Part shown: positions 18,938-28,429 of the stretch, in pieces | Numbering within the stretch: position 1 is the stretch's first letter | Layout: the number at the start of each line of letters is the position of its first letter | Assembly: GCA_043800705.1 (NCBI GenBank) | Contig: JAZDMS010000003.1 | Span: 1 to 64,000 of the forward strand | Reading direction: 5' to 3' | DNA length: 64,000 bases | From: Candidatus Altiarchaeota archaeon | GTDB lineage: Archaea; Altiarchaeota; Altiarchaeia; IMC4; SCGC-AAA252-I15 | The notes under the pieces: model-generated | The model's database searches: none | What the model saw: the letters and a program-made list of their open reading frames with translations, nothing else | Told to the model about the DNA's origin: nothing | Position numbers and translations under genes: made by a program

Positions 18938-20224
18938 CTATTTTAACGACTTCAAGCCCTCCGATAGGTCTTTGAGGGCCTCTTCCGTCTGAAGCGGCCT
19001 CGGGCCGTCCTTGATCCTGCCGTATGTCTCCTTCGAAAGGAGGTTCTTGAATTCTATTCCCAGCCCGTTGCAGGCCTTCTTCAGCGCCTTGTATGATTCG
19101 CTGTCGTATTTTAGGAAGCAGGCGACGGCACTGTAACCGCCTGAATGCGTTGCGAGGTATTTCCTTATCCTGTCCGCAGTCACCTCAATATACCTCTCCT
19201 TGATCTGCGGGGTCTCAAGCGTTTCGTCCCAGTCGTAGCTTTCGAAGGGGTATCTGTCCTCGAATTCGCGGGGTATGAGCCCTGCGTTGGAGAGCATCAC
19301 CTCATGGAATCCGCCCCTTCCGGCCTCGTTCAGTGCGGCGATGAATCCCTGGTGCGTCCTGGACAGGGAATAGGGCTTCCTGTTCGCACACGGCAGGAAC
19401 AGGAGTATCCTGCCCTGCGGCGGCGCATACCATCTGACGAGATAGTCCTGCCAGACCTCGAAGTGGGGGTGTGTCAGGTGCCATTCGCCGACTCCCTCCA
19501 GCCTCTCCTTCAGCTCGTCGGGAAACGACGGCACGAACCTGAACGTCTCTTGGTCGAAATCTATCCGCGGGTCGTCCTTCCATCTTCCGATGACGTCCAT
19601 GAACTCTCGCTTCGCCAGGTAGTTCCATTCGCCCGAGAGCCACATCCTCGTCAGGGGCGCGTTGGCGTGCGGCAGCATGTTGATCAATACGACGGAATCC
19701 GAATGGTTCAGCGCGTATTCGACGCTCGCATCGAGGCTCTTCTTCAGCTCATCGACGAATGGGGGATTTACAAGGAGGTAGGTCCTGACCTTAAAACCAG
19801 AATCGTGTATCTTCCCCGCAGCCTCCTCGTACTCCCTCCTTCCGTAGCCTTTGTTCAGCCTCTTCAGGACCTTCTCGTCCGCGGACTCGAGTCCCATTGC
19901 AATAGTCACATCCAGGCCTTTGAATTCCTTGAGGGCGTCTGCGTGCACGAATTCCGGCCTCGACTCCAACGTGATCCTCTTCACGCCCCTCTTTCGGCAT
20001 TCTTCGATGAAGCGCTGCCTCGAAGCCTTGGGTATTTGCCTGTCGTCGAGGAAGCTTCCGGAGCCGAACACCTTCACCTCGTCGCCCTTGAGGCCGGCGA
20101 AGAATCGGTCCAGGCATTCGTCGACGTTCCTCCCTGTCGGTTCGAAGCCCCTGATCCTGCCGTAGCCGCAGAAGAAGCATCTGCCGTGGCTGCAGCGGCC
20201 GGAATTGATTATGAGTGTCGCCAT
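18938..20224 (-). CDS. radical SAM protein (RaSEA-like) fused to an ArcS/DUF5591-like domain; probable archaeosine biosynthesis
   Basis: CSHGRCFFCGY, KVFGSGSFLD, ESRPEFV, AMGLES, TYLLVNPPF in the N-terminal part; FLPCANRKPYSLSRTH, IPREFE..YPF..YDW in the C-terminal part. Confidence 0.82.
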   Translation of the reverse strand: MATLIINSGRCSHGRCFFCGYGRIRGFEPTGRNVDECLDRFFAGLKGDEVKVFGSGSFLDDRQIPKASRQRFIEECRKRGVKRITLESRPEFVHADALKEFKGLDVTIAMGLESADEKVLKRLNKGYGRREYEEAAGKIHDSGFKVRTYLLVNPPFVDELKKSLDASVEYALNHSDSVVLINMLPHANAPLTRMWLSGEWNYLAKREFMDVIGRWKDDPRIDFDQETFRFVPSFPDELKERLEGVGEWHLTHPHFEVWQDYLVRWYAPPQGRILLFLPCANRKPYSLSRTHQGFIAALNEAGRGGFHEVMLSNAGLIPREFEDRYPFESYDWDETLETPQIKERYIEVTADRIRKYLATHSGGYSAVACFLKYDSESYKALKKACNGLGIEFKNLLSKETYGRIKDGPRPLQTEEALKDLSEGLKSLK

Positions 20225-21285
20225 CAGCGTGCTCCGCGCAGCCTCTGCATCTCCTGCCTGACCCTCCTTGCGCCTATCTTGTCCCTGACTTCGTCGACGG
20301 AGACGCCCTTCTTCAGCATGAAGTCCACGTTTCCGAAAAGGTGCCTGACCGCCTCGACTGCGCCGTACTCTCCGAGTTCGGTGATCCAGCCCTCCACGGT
20401 CTTTTCGTCGGCGTTGAGCTCCCTCGAGATATCTTTCATGCTGGCCTTCCCCTTTTTAGAAAGCAGATAGAGAAGCTCGGTAGTGTCGCGGTCGGGACTC
20501 GCCTGCGCGGCGCTGATGACTGTATCCTGATGCGGGGCTGGCGTTTCTTCCTGATTGAGCGGGGCGTTCTTGGCGACCGCCGCAATAGGAGCCTCCTCTT
20601 TGGCCGTTGCCTCTTCTGCAGCAGGCTCCTTCACCCCGCTCTTGTACCACGACACCGCGGCCTCCTGTTTTGCCGGTGGTTCCTTCTCCTTCGGTGGCTG
20701 CGCCTTCGGGGCCTGGGGGATCGTGGGCACTTGGACGCTCTCATCATCCCTGCGTCGGATGATATCCTCTAGCCTCTTCCTCTCCGTGCGCTCGCGCTGG
20801 AGCTGGGTTTCGAATTCGGCAAGCCTCTCCGCGGAGAGGTTCCCTTTCTTCAGGGCCTCCACAGCCTCCTCCAGCTGTTGCCTTGCCTTATTCTCCGCCA
20901 CCAGGTCGTCGTTGAGGCCGGATATTATATGGTTCAGGTCCTTCACCTGCTGCTGAAGCCCGATCCTCATCTTCCTCTCCCTTGAAAGCTCTTCGGCAAT
21001 GATGGAACCGTCCTTCAATTCCTCTGACTGGAACCTCTCCCGGTATCCGCAGATTCTGCCGAGTATGTCGTCGGTCGGCTTGAGGACCGCGGCCTCGCCT
21101 TCCCCGACGGATTGGGCGTACCTTTTCTCAATGAGGGTCTTGGTCCATTCCTCGACGTCCTTCCTCTCCGCTCCGAGGATTTTGGGTGCATCGGTGACCC
21201 TGACCTCGCCCCTCTTGACGATCAGCTTGAACAGGTCCTTTGCGCTCCTGTTATCCCCCGAAATCGCCTCCCAACTGTCGTCCAT
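20224..21285 (-). CDS. hypothetical protein with N- and C-terminal winged-helix-like domains and a central coiled coil
   Basis: KDVEEWTKTL and KTVEGWITEL paired HTH-like segments; Ala/Pro/Glu-rich linker. Confidence 0.7.
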   Translation of the reverse strand: MDDSWEAISGDNRSAKDLFKLIVKRGEVRVTDAPKILGAERKDVEEWTKTLIEKRYAQSVGEGEAAVLKPTDDILGRICGYRERFQSEELKDGSIIAEELSRERKMRIGLQQQVKDLNHIISGLNDDLVAENKARQQLEEAVEALKKGNLSAERLAEFETQLQRERTERKRLEDIIRRRDDESVQVPTIPQAPKAQPPKEKEPPAKQEAAVSWYKSGVKEPAAEEATAKEEAPIAAVAKNAPLNQEETPAPHQDTVISAAQASPDRDTTELLYLLSKKGKASMKDISRELNADEKTVEGWITELGEYGAVEAVRHLFGNVDFMLKKGVSVDEVRDKIGARRVRQEMQRLRGAR

Positions 21286-21338
21286 GCTGAAAATATCTTA
21301 TCGGCAGCCAAAATATAAGGCTGCCTGCAGGCTGCGCA

Positions 21339-22268
21339 TCACTCCAGCGTCTCGCACTCGTTTTCCAGAAGAGACATCTGCTTTTCCTCTAGGGCGTCGG
21401 TGTTGACTGGGATGATCATCTTCGAATCCGACGTGGACACCTTGTCCCTCAGCTGCTGGACCAGTCTCAGCACGACCGGGAAATTGTTGTTCGAGATGAG
21501 GTATTCGATGCCTTCGAGCATCACGATCCCCTTCTCGTTCTCGTCGATGAAATTCGAGACGAGTATGCTCAGCTCCTGCAGCCCCGACACTGCTTCGGTT
21601 TCCTTGTCCGTCTGGACGCTCGTCAGCCACACGACCTTCGAGTCCGCGAGGAAGTTTTTCCTCCTGACGATGCCGGGATTGGAACGGGTCACCAAGAGGC
21701 CCCGCACACCGTTCCGTATCTCCTTCACGAACAATTTCATGCATCTGTCGTTTCTGCCCTCGGATACGATGTATGTCATACCGGGTTCGAGCTTCGCCTC
21801 TTCCTCCTCCTTCTCATCCGTCGCCTGCGGCTCCAGCGCCTTCGCATCCACCTGCGGCCCAGGTTCCGCCTCCTCCTGTTCCCCCGGCTTTTTCTCCGTC
21901 AGCATCTGCTTCTTCTGGAAGGTCCTGAACTTCTCTAGGACTTCGCCGGTGGGTTTGATGGTCGGATTGGGGTTATTCAGGCTTTCGACGCTTATGAGGC
22001 CGTTTCCGACAAGCGGGGGAATCCATTCCAGAATGACGCCTTTCCTGATCCCGAGTATGTCGGCGGCGTCGGCGGCCTTGATGCCGTTTGTGTAGACCGC
22101 GAGCTTTATGAGGCTCCTTGGGGTCTTCTTGCCCTCACCCATCTCGTCGACTATCTTCTTCAGATGTTCGATGTTCTCTCTGCGCGCACGCTCCCGCTCG
22201 TAGATTATCCCCCATTCGCGCCTTTTCTCGTCCAGCCCCTTCTTGCTGTCGTCTTCGTCGCTTGACAT
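21339..22268 (-). CDS. DUF835-type (inactive P-loop) domain protein with N-terminal wHTH
   Basis: GLLVTRSNP, VVWLT, VMLEGIEYLISNNNF..VLRL. Confidence 0.8.
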   Translation of the reverse strand: MSSDEDDSKKGLDEKRREWGIIYERERARRENIEHLKKIVDEMGEGKKTPRSLIKLAVYTNGIKAADAADILGIRKGVILEWIPPLVGNGLISVESLNNPNPTIKPTGEVLEKFRTFQKKQMLTEKKPGEQEEAEPGPQVDAKALEPQATDEKEEEEAKLEPGMTYIVSEGRNDRCMKLFVKEIRNGVRGLLVTRSNPGIVRRKNFLADSKVVWLTSVQTDKETEAVSGLQELSILVSNFIDENEKGIVMLEGIEYLISNNNFPVVLRLVQQLRDKVSTSDSKMIIPVNTDALEEKQMSLLENECETLE

Positions 22269-22300
22269 ATGCCTAAATGATTAATATTACGCTGTATATA

Positions 22301-24169
22301 TCAGCTTCTCTCGGGCTTTGCCGGAGGATGCTCCGTAGGCCTGAACCAGTCCGCCAGCTCGAATATGCAGTGGGAGAGCGGCAAAATCAGCGCGAAAAGC
22401 AAGAGGTCCAGCCACTGCGCCCGGTTGGGTGTGTCCGCCGAATATGCGTAGTCGGATTCGGCGCCGCAGGAGAATGGCACCTCCGCGCCGCCCCAGGCTA
22501 TGACCTGCCTTACGCTGTTCGCGGCCTTCCTGCCAAGGCCGCAGATGCCTTCGAAGTTGTACTGGTAGTATGCTATCATCAGGTTCTTGAACATGGCGCA
22601 CTGTTGCCTGTCCTTGAAGAAGAGGGTGGTGTATACCCTCCCGTCGCCGCGGTACTGGAAGTTGGGCACATATGCCGTGCAATACGATTCCATGGGCTCG
22701 GGCGCCGAATTGACGACGTTCATGATGCTGAACCACGAAGGCGGCCCTGCCACGATAAGGGAGTATTTTCCGGCAACCAGGTCGGACCTCAATGTCATCT
22801 CCTGCGGGCTCAGCTTACCATACGCCTGGGAGAAATTCGCGGTAATGTTCACCAATCCCCTCAGCTGATGTGCCCAATCGGGGCCCTCACCCTGGGAGAA
22901 GCCCCGCCCCCCCTCCGTGATCATGTCTATCCGCGACTCATCGAGCTGTGGCCACAGCTTCCGCATGTATTCCTTGTGCCCCGGCGGCCCCTCCATCAGT
23001 ATGTATCCCCTCTGGCTGGGGATGATCTTCAAACCGAACTCGACCTCCCTGACTGCGTCCATCGCCGGGTCATGGGACCATGTCCTCAAAGGCTGGGCCA
23101 GCGGGGTATGGAATATCGCGGGGTGAACGAGCGCGCCGACAACGATGATGGCAAAAGCCATCCTGGACCTCCTTCTGATAGCCAACATGGCGGCTATCAG
23201 GAACGGGGCGACCGGCAGCAGGTAATACTCCCCGAGCTTCGGATCCCCCGAAGCCATCAGAAGAAGCAGCCCATTTGCGATGAGCGTCACCTGCAGAAGC
23301 GGGAAAACGAACGTCTCCCTGTCGAAGAATCCCCTGTATACGGACCAGGCGACGCCTGCGAACAGTATGGCGGCGCCGAAGGACGACAGGAGCCACTGGT
23401 CAGCCATCGTCTCTAGCCCGGAGATGAGGCCTCCCTGCACCTGGTTGATGTGGGCATATATCGTGTATGCGGCGAGGTCGGGGTAGAAGTTGGAGAGGGC
23501 GGCGAACGCGGCCACGACGGCGGCTGCAGTGAGGATGAGGTGCCAGACCCTCCAGCCGGAGCCTTCGAACGAGATCGAGACTCCTCCGTCGCTGGTCCTT
23601 CTGATGCCGTCCCTTATAATGGAATATACCAGCACCAATGCGACGGGCATGGCTACAGAATACTTCGTTAGGATCGCCAGCGTGAACGGCAGCGTGGACA
23701 TAAGCACCCTATTTCTGTCATTCGACCCGTATGCGAGCACGAAGCCGACCATGAAAAAGGCGGTGGCGAGGCTTGATGCCGCCTCGCCGAAATACCTGAA
23801 GACTAGCAGGACGTATAGGAGGGGGTAAATGAGGGGGTCATAGAGTTTGTGCCTTTTCAGAATCGAGGCGAGGGATATGAAGATGACAATATGGGCGACC
23901 AGGCTTATGGCCGGCAGGGTCAGCTCCGGGAAGTAGGAACCGAGGGTGCTGTCGACGAGGTAGCCGGCATAGTATATGGTCGGGCTTTGGGCGCAGAAGG
24001 GCTGCCCCCCGTATAGTGTGCCGTCCCTCAGGTAGTCGAGGCACATCCAGAATCCTCCCCCTCCTGCGTTGAACGACCTGGGGAAGAGGACCAAACCCAG
24101 GGCGAGGATGAGTATGGTGTATGTAGCCAGTGCCAGGCGGGATTTCAGCATGGTCCAATCCTTCGCCAT
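22301..24169 (-). CDS. polytopic membrane protein, probable GT-C glycosyltransferase (paralog 1)
   Basis: GTLYGGQPFCAQSP loop, LAILTKY motif, multiple TM helices. Confidence 0.7.
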   Translation of the reverse strand: MAKDWTMLKSRLALATYTILILALGLVLFPRSFNAGGGGFWMCLDYLRDGTLYGGQPFCAQSPTIYYAGYLVDSTLGSYFPELTLPAISLVAHIVIFISLASILKRHKLYDPLIYPLLYVLLVFRYFGEAASSLATAFFMVGFVLAYGSNDRNRVLMSTLPFTLAILTKYSVAMPVALVLVYSIIRDGIRRTSDGGVSISFEGSGWRVWHLILTAAAVVAAFAALSNFYPDLAAYTIYAHINQVQGGLISGLETMADQWLLSSFGAAILFAGVAWSVYRGFFDRETFVFPLLQVTLIANGLLLLMASGDPKLGEYYLLPVAPFLIAAMLAIRRRSRMAFAIIVVGALVHPAIFHTPLAQPLRTWSHDPAMDAVREVEFGLKIIPSQRGYILMEGPPGHKEYMRKLWPQLDESRIDMITEGGRGFSQGEGPDWAHQLRGLVNITANFSQAYGKLSPQEMTLRSDLVAGKYSLIVAGPPSWFSIMNVVNSAPEPMESYCTAYVPNFQYRGDGRVYTTLFFKDRQQCAMFKNLMIAYYQYNFEGICGLGRKAANSVRQVIAWGGAEVPFSCGAESDYAYSADTPNRAQWLDLLLFALILPLSHCIFELADWFRPTEHPPAKPERS

Positions 24170-26019
24170 GATAATATCACGAATAAATAAATAATACGTC
24201 CTATCCGTCCACCAATCCTAAAAGTCCGTAGGCCAGGGGGCAGAAGCAGGAGGAATAGAAACAGATCCTCCATCCGGGCCTGGTTTGCCGGGGCCTCGTA
24301 TCTGTAGTCGTATTCGGCGTCGCAGGGGGTTTGGATTTCGGCGTCGTCATATGAGATGGCATTCTTCACGACGGTCTGGGCTTTCTGTCCGAGTTCGCAG
24401 ATGGCCGGGAAGTTTTCCAGATAGTGCGCGATCATGCTGTTTCTGAAGTCCTCGCATTGGCTGCGGTCCTTGAAATGCACGACCGTATGGGGCATGCCAT
24501 CGCCCCCATATTCGAAGTTCGGCACCAGAAGCCTGCAATAGGATTTCATGTATTCCTCCTCTGATCTGAATATCTCATTCAGGGTGAACCACGAGGGGGG
24601 GCCTGCAATCACAAGGGAATATTTTCCGGCAAGCAGGTCCGCCCTGATCGCCTCCTCCTGGGGCGTGAGGCGGAGGTGCGTCTGCGACTCGTTCGGGTTT
24701 ATGACGGTGAGGTTTCTCAGCTCCTTCGCCCAATCGGGTCCTTCGCCGAGGGAGTATCCCTTCTCCCCGGAAGGGATCATAACGATCCGCGACTGCTCCA
24801 GCTGCGGCAGGAGCCCCCTCACGTAACCCATCCTGTCCGGCAGCGCCTCCGTCAGGACATAGCCGCTTTGCGGGGGGATCAGCCTCAGTCCGTATCCGAC
24901 CTCCATCCTGGCGGCCTCCGAACCGTCATGGGACCAGAACCTGGCGGGGCCGCTCAGGGGCGTGGGAAAAATGGAGGGGTGGACCAGGACCCCAAGGACT
25001 AGCAGGGCAAATAATGCCGGCGACCTTTTTCGGACCGCCAACATCGTCGCCAGGAGGAACGGGGCGGCGGGGAGGATGTAGTATTCCCCGAGCTTCGGGT
25101 TCCCCGAGGCCATCAGAAGCAGCACGCCATTCGCCAGGAGGGTGACTTGCATGAGCGGGAAAATGGACGTCTCCCTGTCAAACCAACCCCTGATTACGGA
25201 CCAGCCAACCACTATCAGGAGTATCGCCGCCCCGAAGGATGACAGGAGCCTCTCTCCGGCCATCACCTTGAATCCAGACAGAAGCCCTCCCCTCACCTGA
25301 TTGGTATGGGCGTAGATGGTATATGCGGCGATGTTCGGAAAAATTCTTGCAAGGGCCAAGAAGGTCCCGAGGACGGAAAGCGCAAACAGGGTCACGGACA
25401 AGATTCTGTGAATTGCAGGGACAACGGACCCCCTCCAGTCTTTGGCCCTGAACGTCAGGCCATGCCTGGCGAGGGAGTACGCCATGACGATGGCAATGGG
25501 TAGAACGACCGAGTATTTGGTGAAGACGGCCAGCGTGAAGGGGATGATGGAAGCGTAGTTCCGCGCCTTGTCGTCGGACTCGTAGAAGAGCCAGAATCCG
25601 ACCATGAAAAACGCGGTCGCGAGGCTGGATGACACCTCGCCGAAATACCTGAATACGAGCAGGATATAGAGCAGGGGATACTGCAGGGGATAATGGAGTC
25701 CGTGGCGCCTCAGGGCCTGAAGGAGGGTGGTATATATGACGATGTGCGCAAGCAGGCTGATGACGGGAAGTGTCGCGGCCCCCGAGAGCGGGCCAAAGGC
25801 GCTGTCGACGGCGTACCCGAGATAGTAGATGACCGGCCCTTGGGCGCAGTATGGCTGGCCGCCGTAGAGCGTGCCTTCCCTTATGTAGTCGAGGCACATC
25901 CAGAATCCTCCCCCGCCGACGTTGAAGGATTCTGGGTAGAGCATCCATGCAAGGGACAGTATGAGCACGACGTATGCGGCAGATGCCAGGCGGGATCTGA
26001 TCGTACAATCCTCGGCCAT
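24145..26019 (-). CDS. polytopic membrane protein, probable GT-C glycosyltransferase (paralog 2)
   Basis: Colinear with the neighbouring gene (GGGGFWMCLDY, GEGPDWA, LVPNF). Confidence 0.7.
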   Translation of the reverse strand: MAEDCTIRSRLASAAYVVLILSLAWMLYPESFNVGGGGFWMCLDYIREGTLYGGQPYCAQGPVIYYLGYAVDSAFGPLSGAATLPVISLLAHIVIYTTLLQALRRHGLHYPLQYPLLYILLVFRYFGEVSSSLATAFFMVGFWLFYESDDKARNYASIIPFTLAVFTKYSVVLPIAIVMAYSLARHGLTFRAKDWRGSVVPAIHRILSVTLFALSVLGTFLALARIFPNIAAYTIYAHTNQVRGGLLSGFKVMAGERLLSSFGAAILLIVVGWSVIRGWFDRETSIFPLMQVTLLANGVLLLMASGNPKLGEYYILPAAPFLLATMLAVRKRSPALFALLVLGVLVHPSIFPTPLSGPARFWSHDGSEAARMEVGYGLRLIPPQSGYVLTEALPDRMGYVRGLLPQLEQSRIVMIPSGEKGYSLGEGPDWAKELRNLTVINPNESQTHLRLTPQEEAIRADLLAGKYSLVIAGPPSWFTLNEIFRSEEEYMKSYCRLLVPNFEYGGDGMPHTVVHFKDRSQCEDFRNSMIAHYLENFPAICELGQKAQTVVKNAISYDDAEIQTPCDAEYDYRYEAPANQARMEDLFLFLLLLPPGLRTFRIGGRIGRIIYLFVILSWRRIGPC

Positions 26020-26040
26020 GATATTATTCAGGACGAACCA

Positions 26041-28428
26041 TTAAAGAGCATGTCTTTCGTATCCTCCCCTGACGACCTTCCTTATCTCCTTGGCTTTCTT
26101 CTCCCCGATGCCTTCGACCTCCTCTAACTCCTTCTCGTTGGCGGTGATGACGTCTTCGACGGACCCGAACCGCCTAAGGAGCCTGTCGGCCAATACTGCG
26201 GACACGTTGGGGAGGGATTCGACGACGAACCTCTGCCGCTCGTGCATCAGCCTCGGCTTCCTCTCGCCCCTTAGGGCCACCTCCCTGCAGTTTTCCTCCT
26301 GCTCGCGCCTGGCGATGGCGATGAGCATCTGAGCCGTGTCCTGCTCGTCTTCCGTCGGGATTATGGGGATGTTGAAGTTGACTGCGATGGCGGCTATGAG
26401 GCCCCTGACCGCGTTGGGGTGTATGTTTCGCTGGGTGTAAAGGCCGTCCAATCCCTCGATTATCAGTATCGGTATCTCGAAGTTGCGCCTCATCTCCGTG
26501 AGTTGGGCGAGGAGCCTCTTGTCGATGATGCTCTGCAGGAAGTCTTTCATGGTCTTCCTCTCGACACACACCCTCTCGGACAAGAGATAGTCGCCGACCG
26601 GCAGCTGTATGAGGTCCAGTTCGCATTTATCCCGAAGCGCGGACATTATCTCGCGGTTTCTCTCCCTTACGTCCACGATGACTTTAAGCCGCCTCGCCAT
26701 TTCCGAGTCTCCGGTCTCCGGTCTTCCGTCTTCGGTCTCCGGTCCCCGGTCTTCCGTCTTCGGTCTTCCGTCTTCGGAGTCTCCAGTCTCTTCGGTGTCT
26801 CCGGTCTTCGGTCCGCTGTCTTGCGAGTCTCCGGTCTTCAGTCTTCCGTCTTCATCAAGACTGAGGACTGAGGACTGAAAACCGGGGGCTGTGGACTGAA
26901 GACTGTCATATTCTCCAATCGTCTTTTGTTTCTTCAGCCCTCCCCTGAGGCCCCGTACGATGTCGCCCATCTTCCGCTCCTTGTGGTACGACGACCAGTA
27001 GTATGCCTCGTCCCGGGTGCCTTTGGCCATAAGGACGTAGACTTCGCCGGTCGCGCTCCTGCCGGTCCTGCCCCTGCGCTGTATGGTCCTTATCTCGGAA
27101 GGGACCGGCTCGTAGAATACGACGGCGTCGACCTTGGGTATGTCGAGGCCTTCCTCGGCGACGGAGGTCGCGACGAGGGCAGTATACTTTCCCTCCCTAA
27201 AATTCTCCAGGGCCCGGACCTGCTCCTTCTGGCTCATCCCGGACTTTTCCCCCCTGCTCGCCTGCCCTATGAACTCGTGGCAGAGGATGTCCGCTGCGTT
27301 CAATCTCTCGATTATCATGTCTACGCTGTCGCGGTACTGGGTGAATACGAGAACCTTCTTTCCCTTGCATCCTCCGACGATCCTGACGAGCTCGTCCAGT
27401 TTCGGGTGGTCGATTCCGGCCTTCCTGAGCCTTGCGGTCTCCGACATCGCCTTCATGATCTCGTAGCTGTGCATGAGCTTCCTCACCGCCTTGCTGCCCT
27501 GGCTCCTAAGGCGGCTGAAGTACTCGTCAAGCGCCCTGATACCCTGTGTCTCCAGGAGCTCTATGCCGTGGTTGACCTTCATCGCGGCAGCCGCGCAGGA
27601 TGCGGCCTGGAAGGCTTCGATGCCTTTGGATATGTCGACCCTGACTTGGGCCTGCGCCTGAAGGAGCAGCCTCTTGCTGACTTTGGACAAGTCCGAGGAC
27701 CCTATGTATCCGAAGCCTTTGAGCCTCTCAAGCTCTCCCTTTAGCGTCTTCTGCAGGAGCTTCTGTATCTCCCTGAAGTCCTGGGGCAGGTCGACCTTCG
27801 CCCATTTGATGTTGACCTCCTGGACATAGGGCTTCACGTCGGCGTCGAGGTCGGTCTTCGCCTCCACGCACCTGATGCCGAGGTTCTTGCAGATTTCCCC
27901 GACCTTGTCCTCCTCGCTGGAGGGGCTTGCGGTTAGTCCGAGCGTCATCGGGTTCTTCGCTTGTTTCAGGTATTCCCTGGCGATGGAGACGTAGCTGTAG
28001 TCGCCGACCGCCCTGTGTGCTTCGTCGAATATGGCGAGTGAGACGTCCTTGAGCGTCGTTCCGCGGACTATGTCGTTTTCGATGGTTTGGGGCGTCGCGA
28101 AGACGACCCTGCTTCCCATCCACATCTCGTGCCTCTTCTTCGGGGCGTCCGCGCCGGTGAGGACGCACATGTCCTCGACGTTCAAGAGCTCCCGGAACGT
28201 CTTCAGGTGCTGCAGCGCAAGCGGCTTGGTGGGGGCAAGAAGGAGCACCTTCGAGCCGGGGTAGGCATGGAGCCTGTGGGCGGCGACCATCGCCGCGATT
28301 ACGGTCTTCCCAAGGCCTGTGGGCAGGACCACCAACGTGTTTTCATCCACAGCGCGGGATATGACGCTCTCCTGGTAGCGGCGAAGCTCGAGCCTATCCC
28401 CGCGGACGAGCGGATGTTCGACGAACAT
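26041..28428 (-). CDS. hef: Hef helicase/ERCC4 nuclease
   Basis: LPTGLGKT, DEAH, TAS, QRRGRTGR; C-terminal VDVRE, GDY, VERKT and HhH; linker carries a heptamer insertion. Confidence 0.96.
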   Translation of the reverse strand: MFVEHPLVRGDRLELRRYQESVISRAVDENTLVVLPTGLGKTVIAAMVAAHRLHAYPGSKVLLLAPTKPLALQHLKTFRELLNVEDMCVLTGADAPKKRHEMWMGSRVVFATPQTIENDIVRGTTLKDVSLAIFDEAHRAVGDYSYVSIAREYLKQAKNPMTLGLTASPSSEEDKVGEICKNLGIRCVEAKTDLDADVKPYVQEVNIKWAKVDLPQDFREIQKLLQKTLKGELERLKGFGYIGSSDLSKVSKRLLLQAQAQVRVDISKGIEAFQAASCAAAAMKVNHGIELLETQGIRALDEYFSRLRSQGSKAVRKLMHSYEIMKAMSETARLRKAGIDHPKLDELVRIVGGCKGKKVLVFTQYRDSVDMIIERLNAADILCHEFIGQASRGEKSGMSQKEQVRALENFREGKYTALVATSVAEEGLDIPKVDAVVFYEPVPSEIRTIQRRGRTGRSATGEVYVLMAKGTRDEAYYWSSYHKERKMGDIVRGLRGGLKKQKTIGEYDSLQSTAPGFQSSVLSLDEDGRLKTGDSQDSGPKTGDTEETGDSEDGRPKTEDRGPETEDGRPETGDSEMARRLKVIVDVRERNREIMSALRDKCELDLIQLPVGDYLLSERVCVERKTMKDFLQSIIDKRLLAQLTEMRRNFEIPILIIEGLDGLYTQRNIHPNAVRGLIAAIAVNFNIPIIPTEDEQDTAQMLIAIARREQEENCREVALRGERKPRLMHERQRFVVESLPNVSAVLADRLLRRFGSVEDVITANEKELEEVEGIGEKKAKEIRKVVRGGYERHAL
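26707..26906. repeat. heptamer-built palindromic element inserted in frame in the hef linker
   Basis: GTCTYCS heptamer run, ATCAA centre, then a GACTGAG run; 26841-26884 is the exact reverse complement of 49819-49862. Confidence 0.92.
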
Positions 28429-28429
28429 G

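Noticed and set aside
19145-20470. Long antisense ORFs here and at 8744-9706, 22277-23416, 40218-41741, 48132-49127 and 59699-60565
   Set aside because: Shadow frames opposite better-supported genes, expected from GC-rich codon bias; no motifs.
22301-26019. Diversity-generating retroelement template/variable repeat pair
   Set aside because: Similarity spans both whole genes, differences do not appear adenine-specific, and there is no reverse transcriptase in the window.
26707-26906. Intein or intron in hef
   Set aside because: No Cys/Ser start, His-Asn end, LAGLIDADG motif or clear bulge-helix-bulge; the insert is a heptamer repeat.
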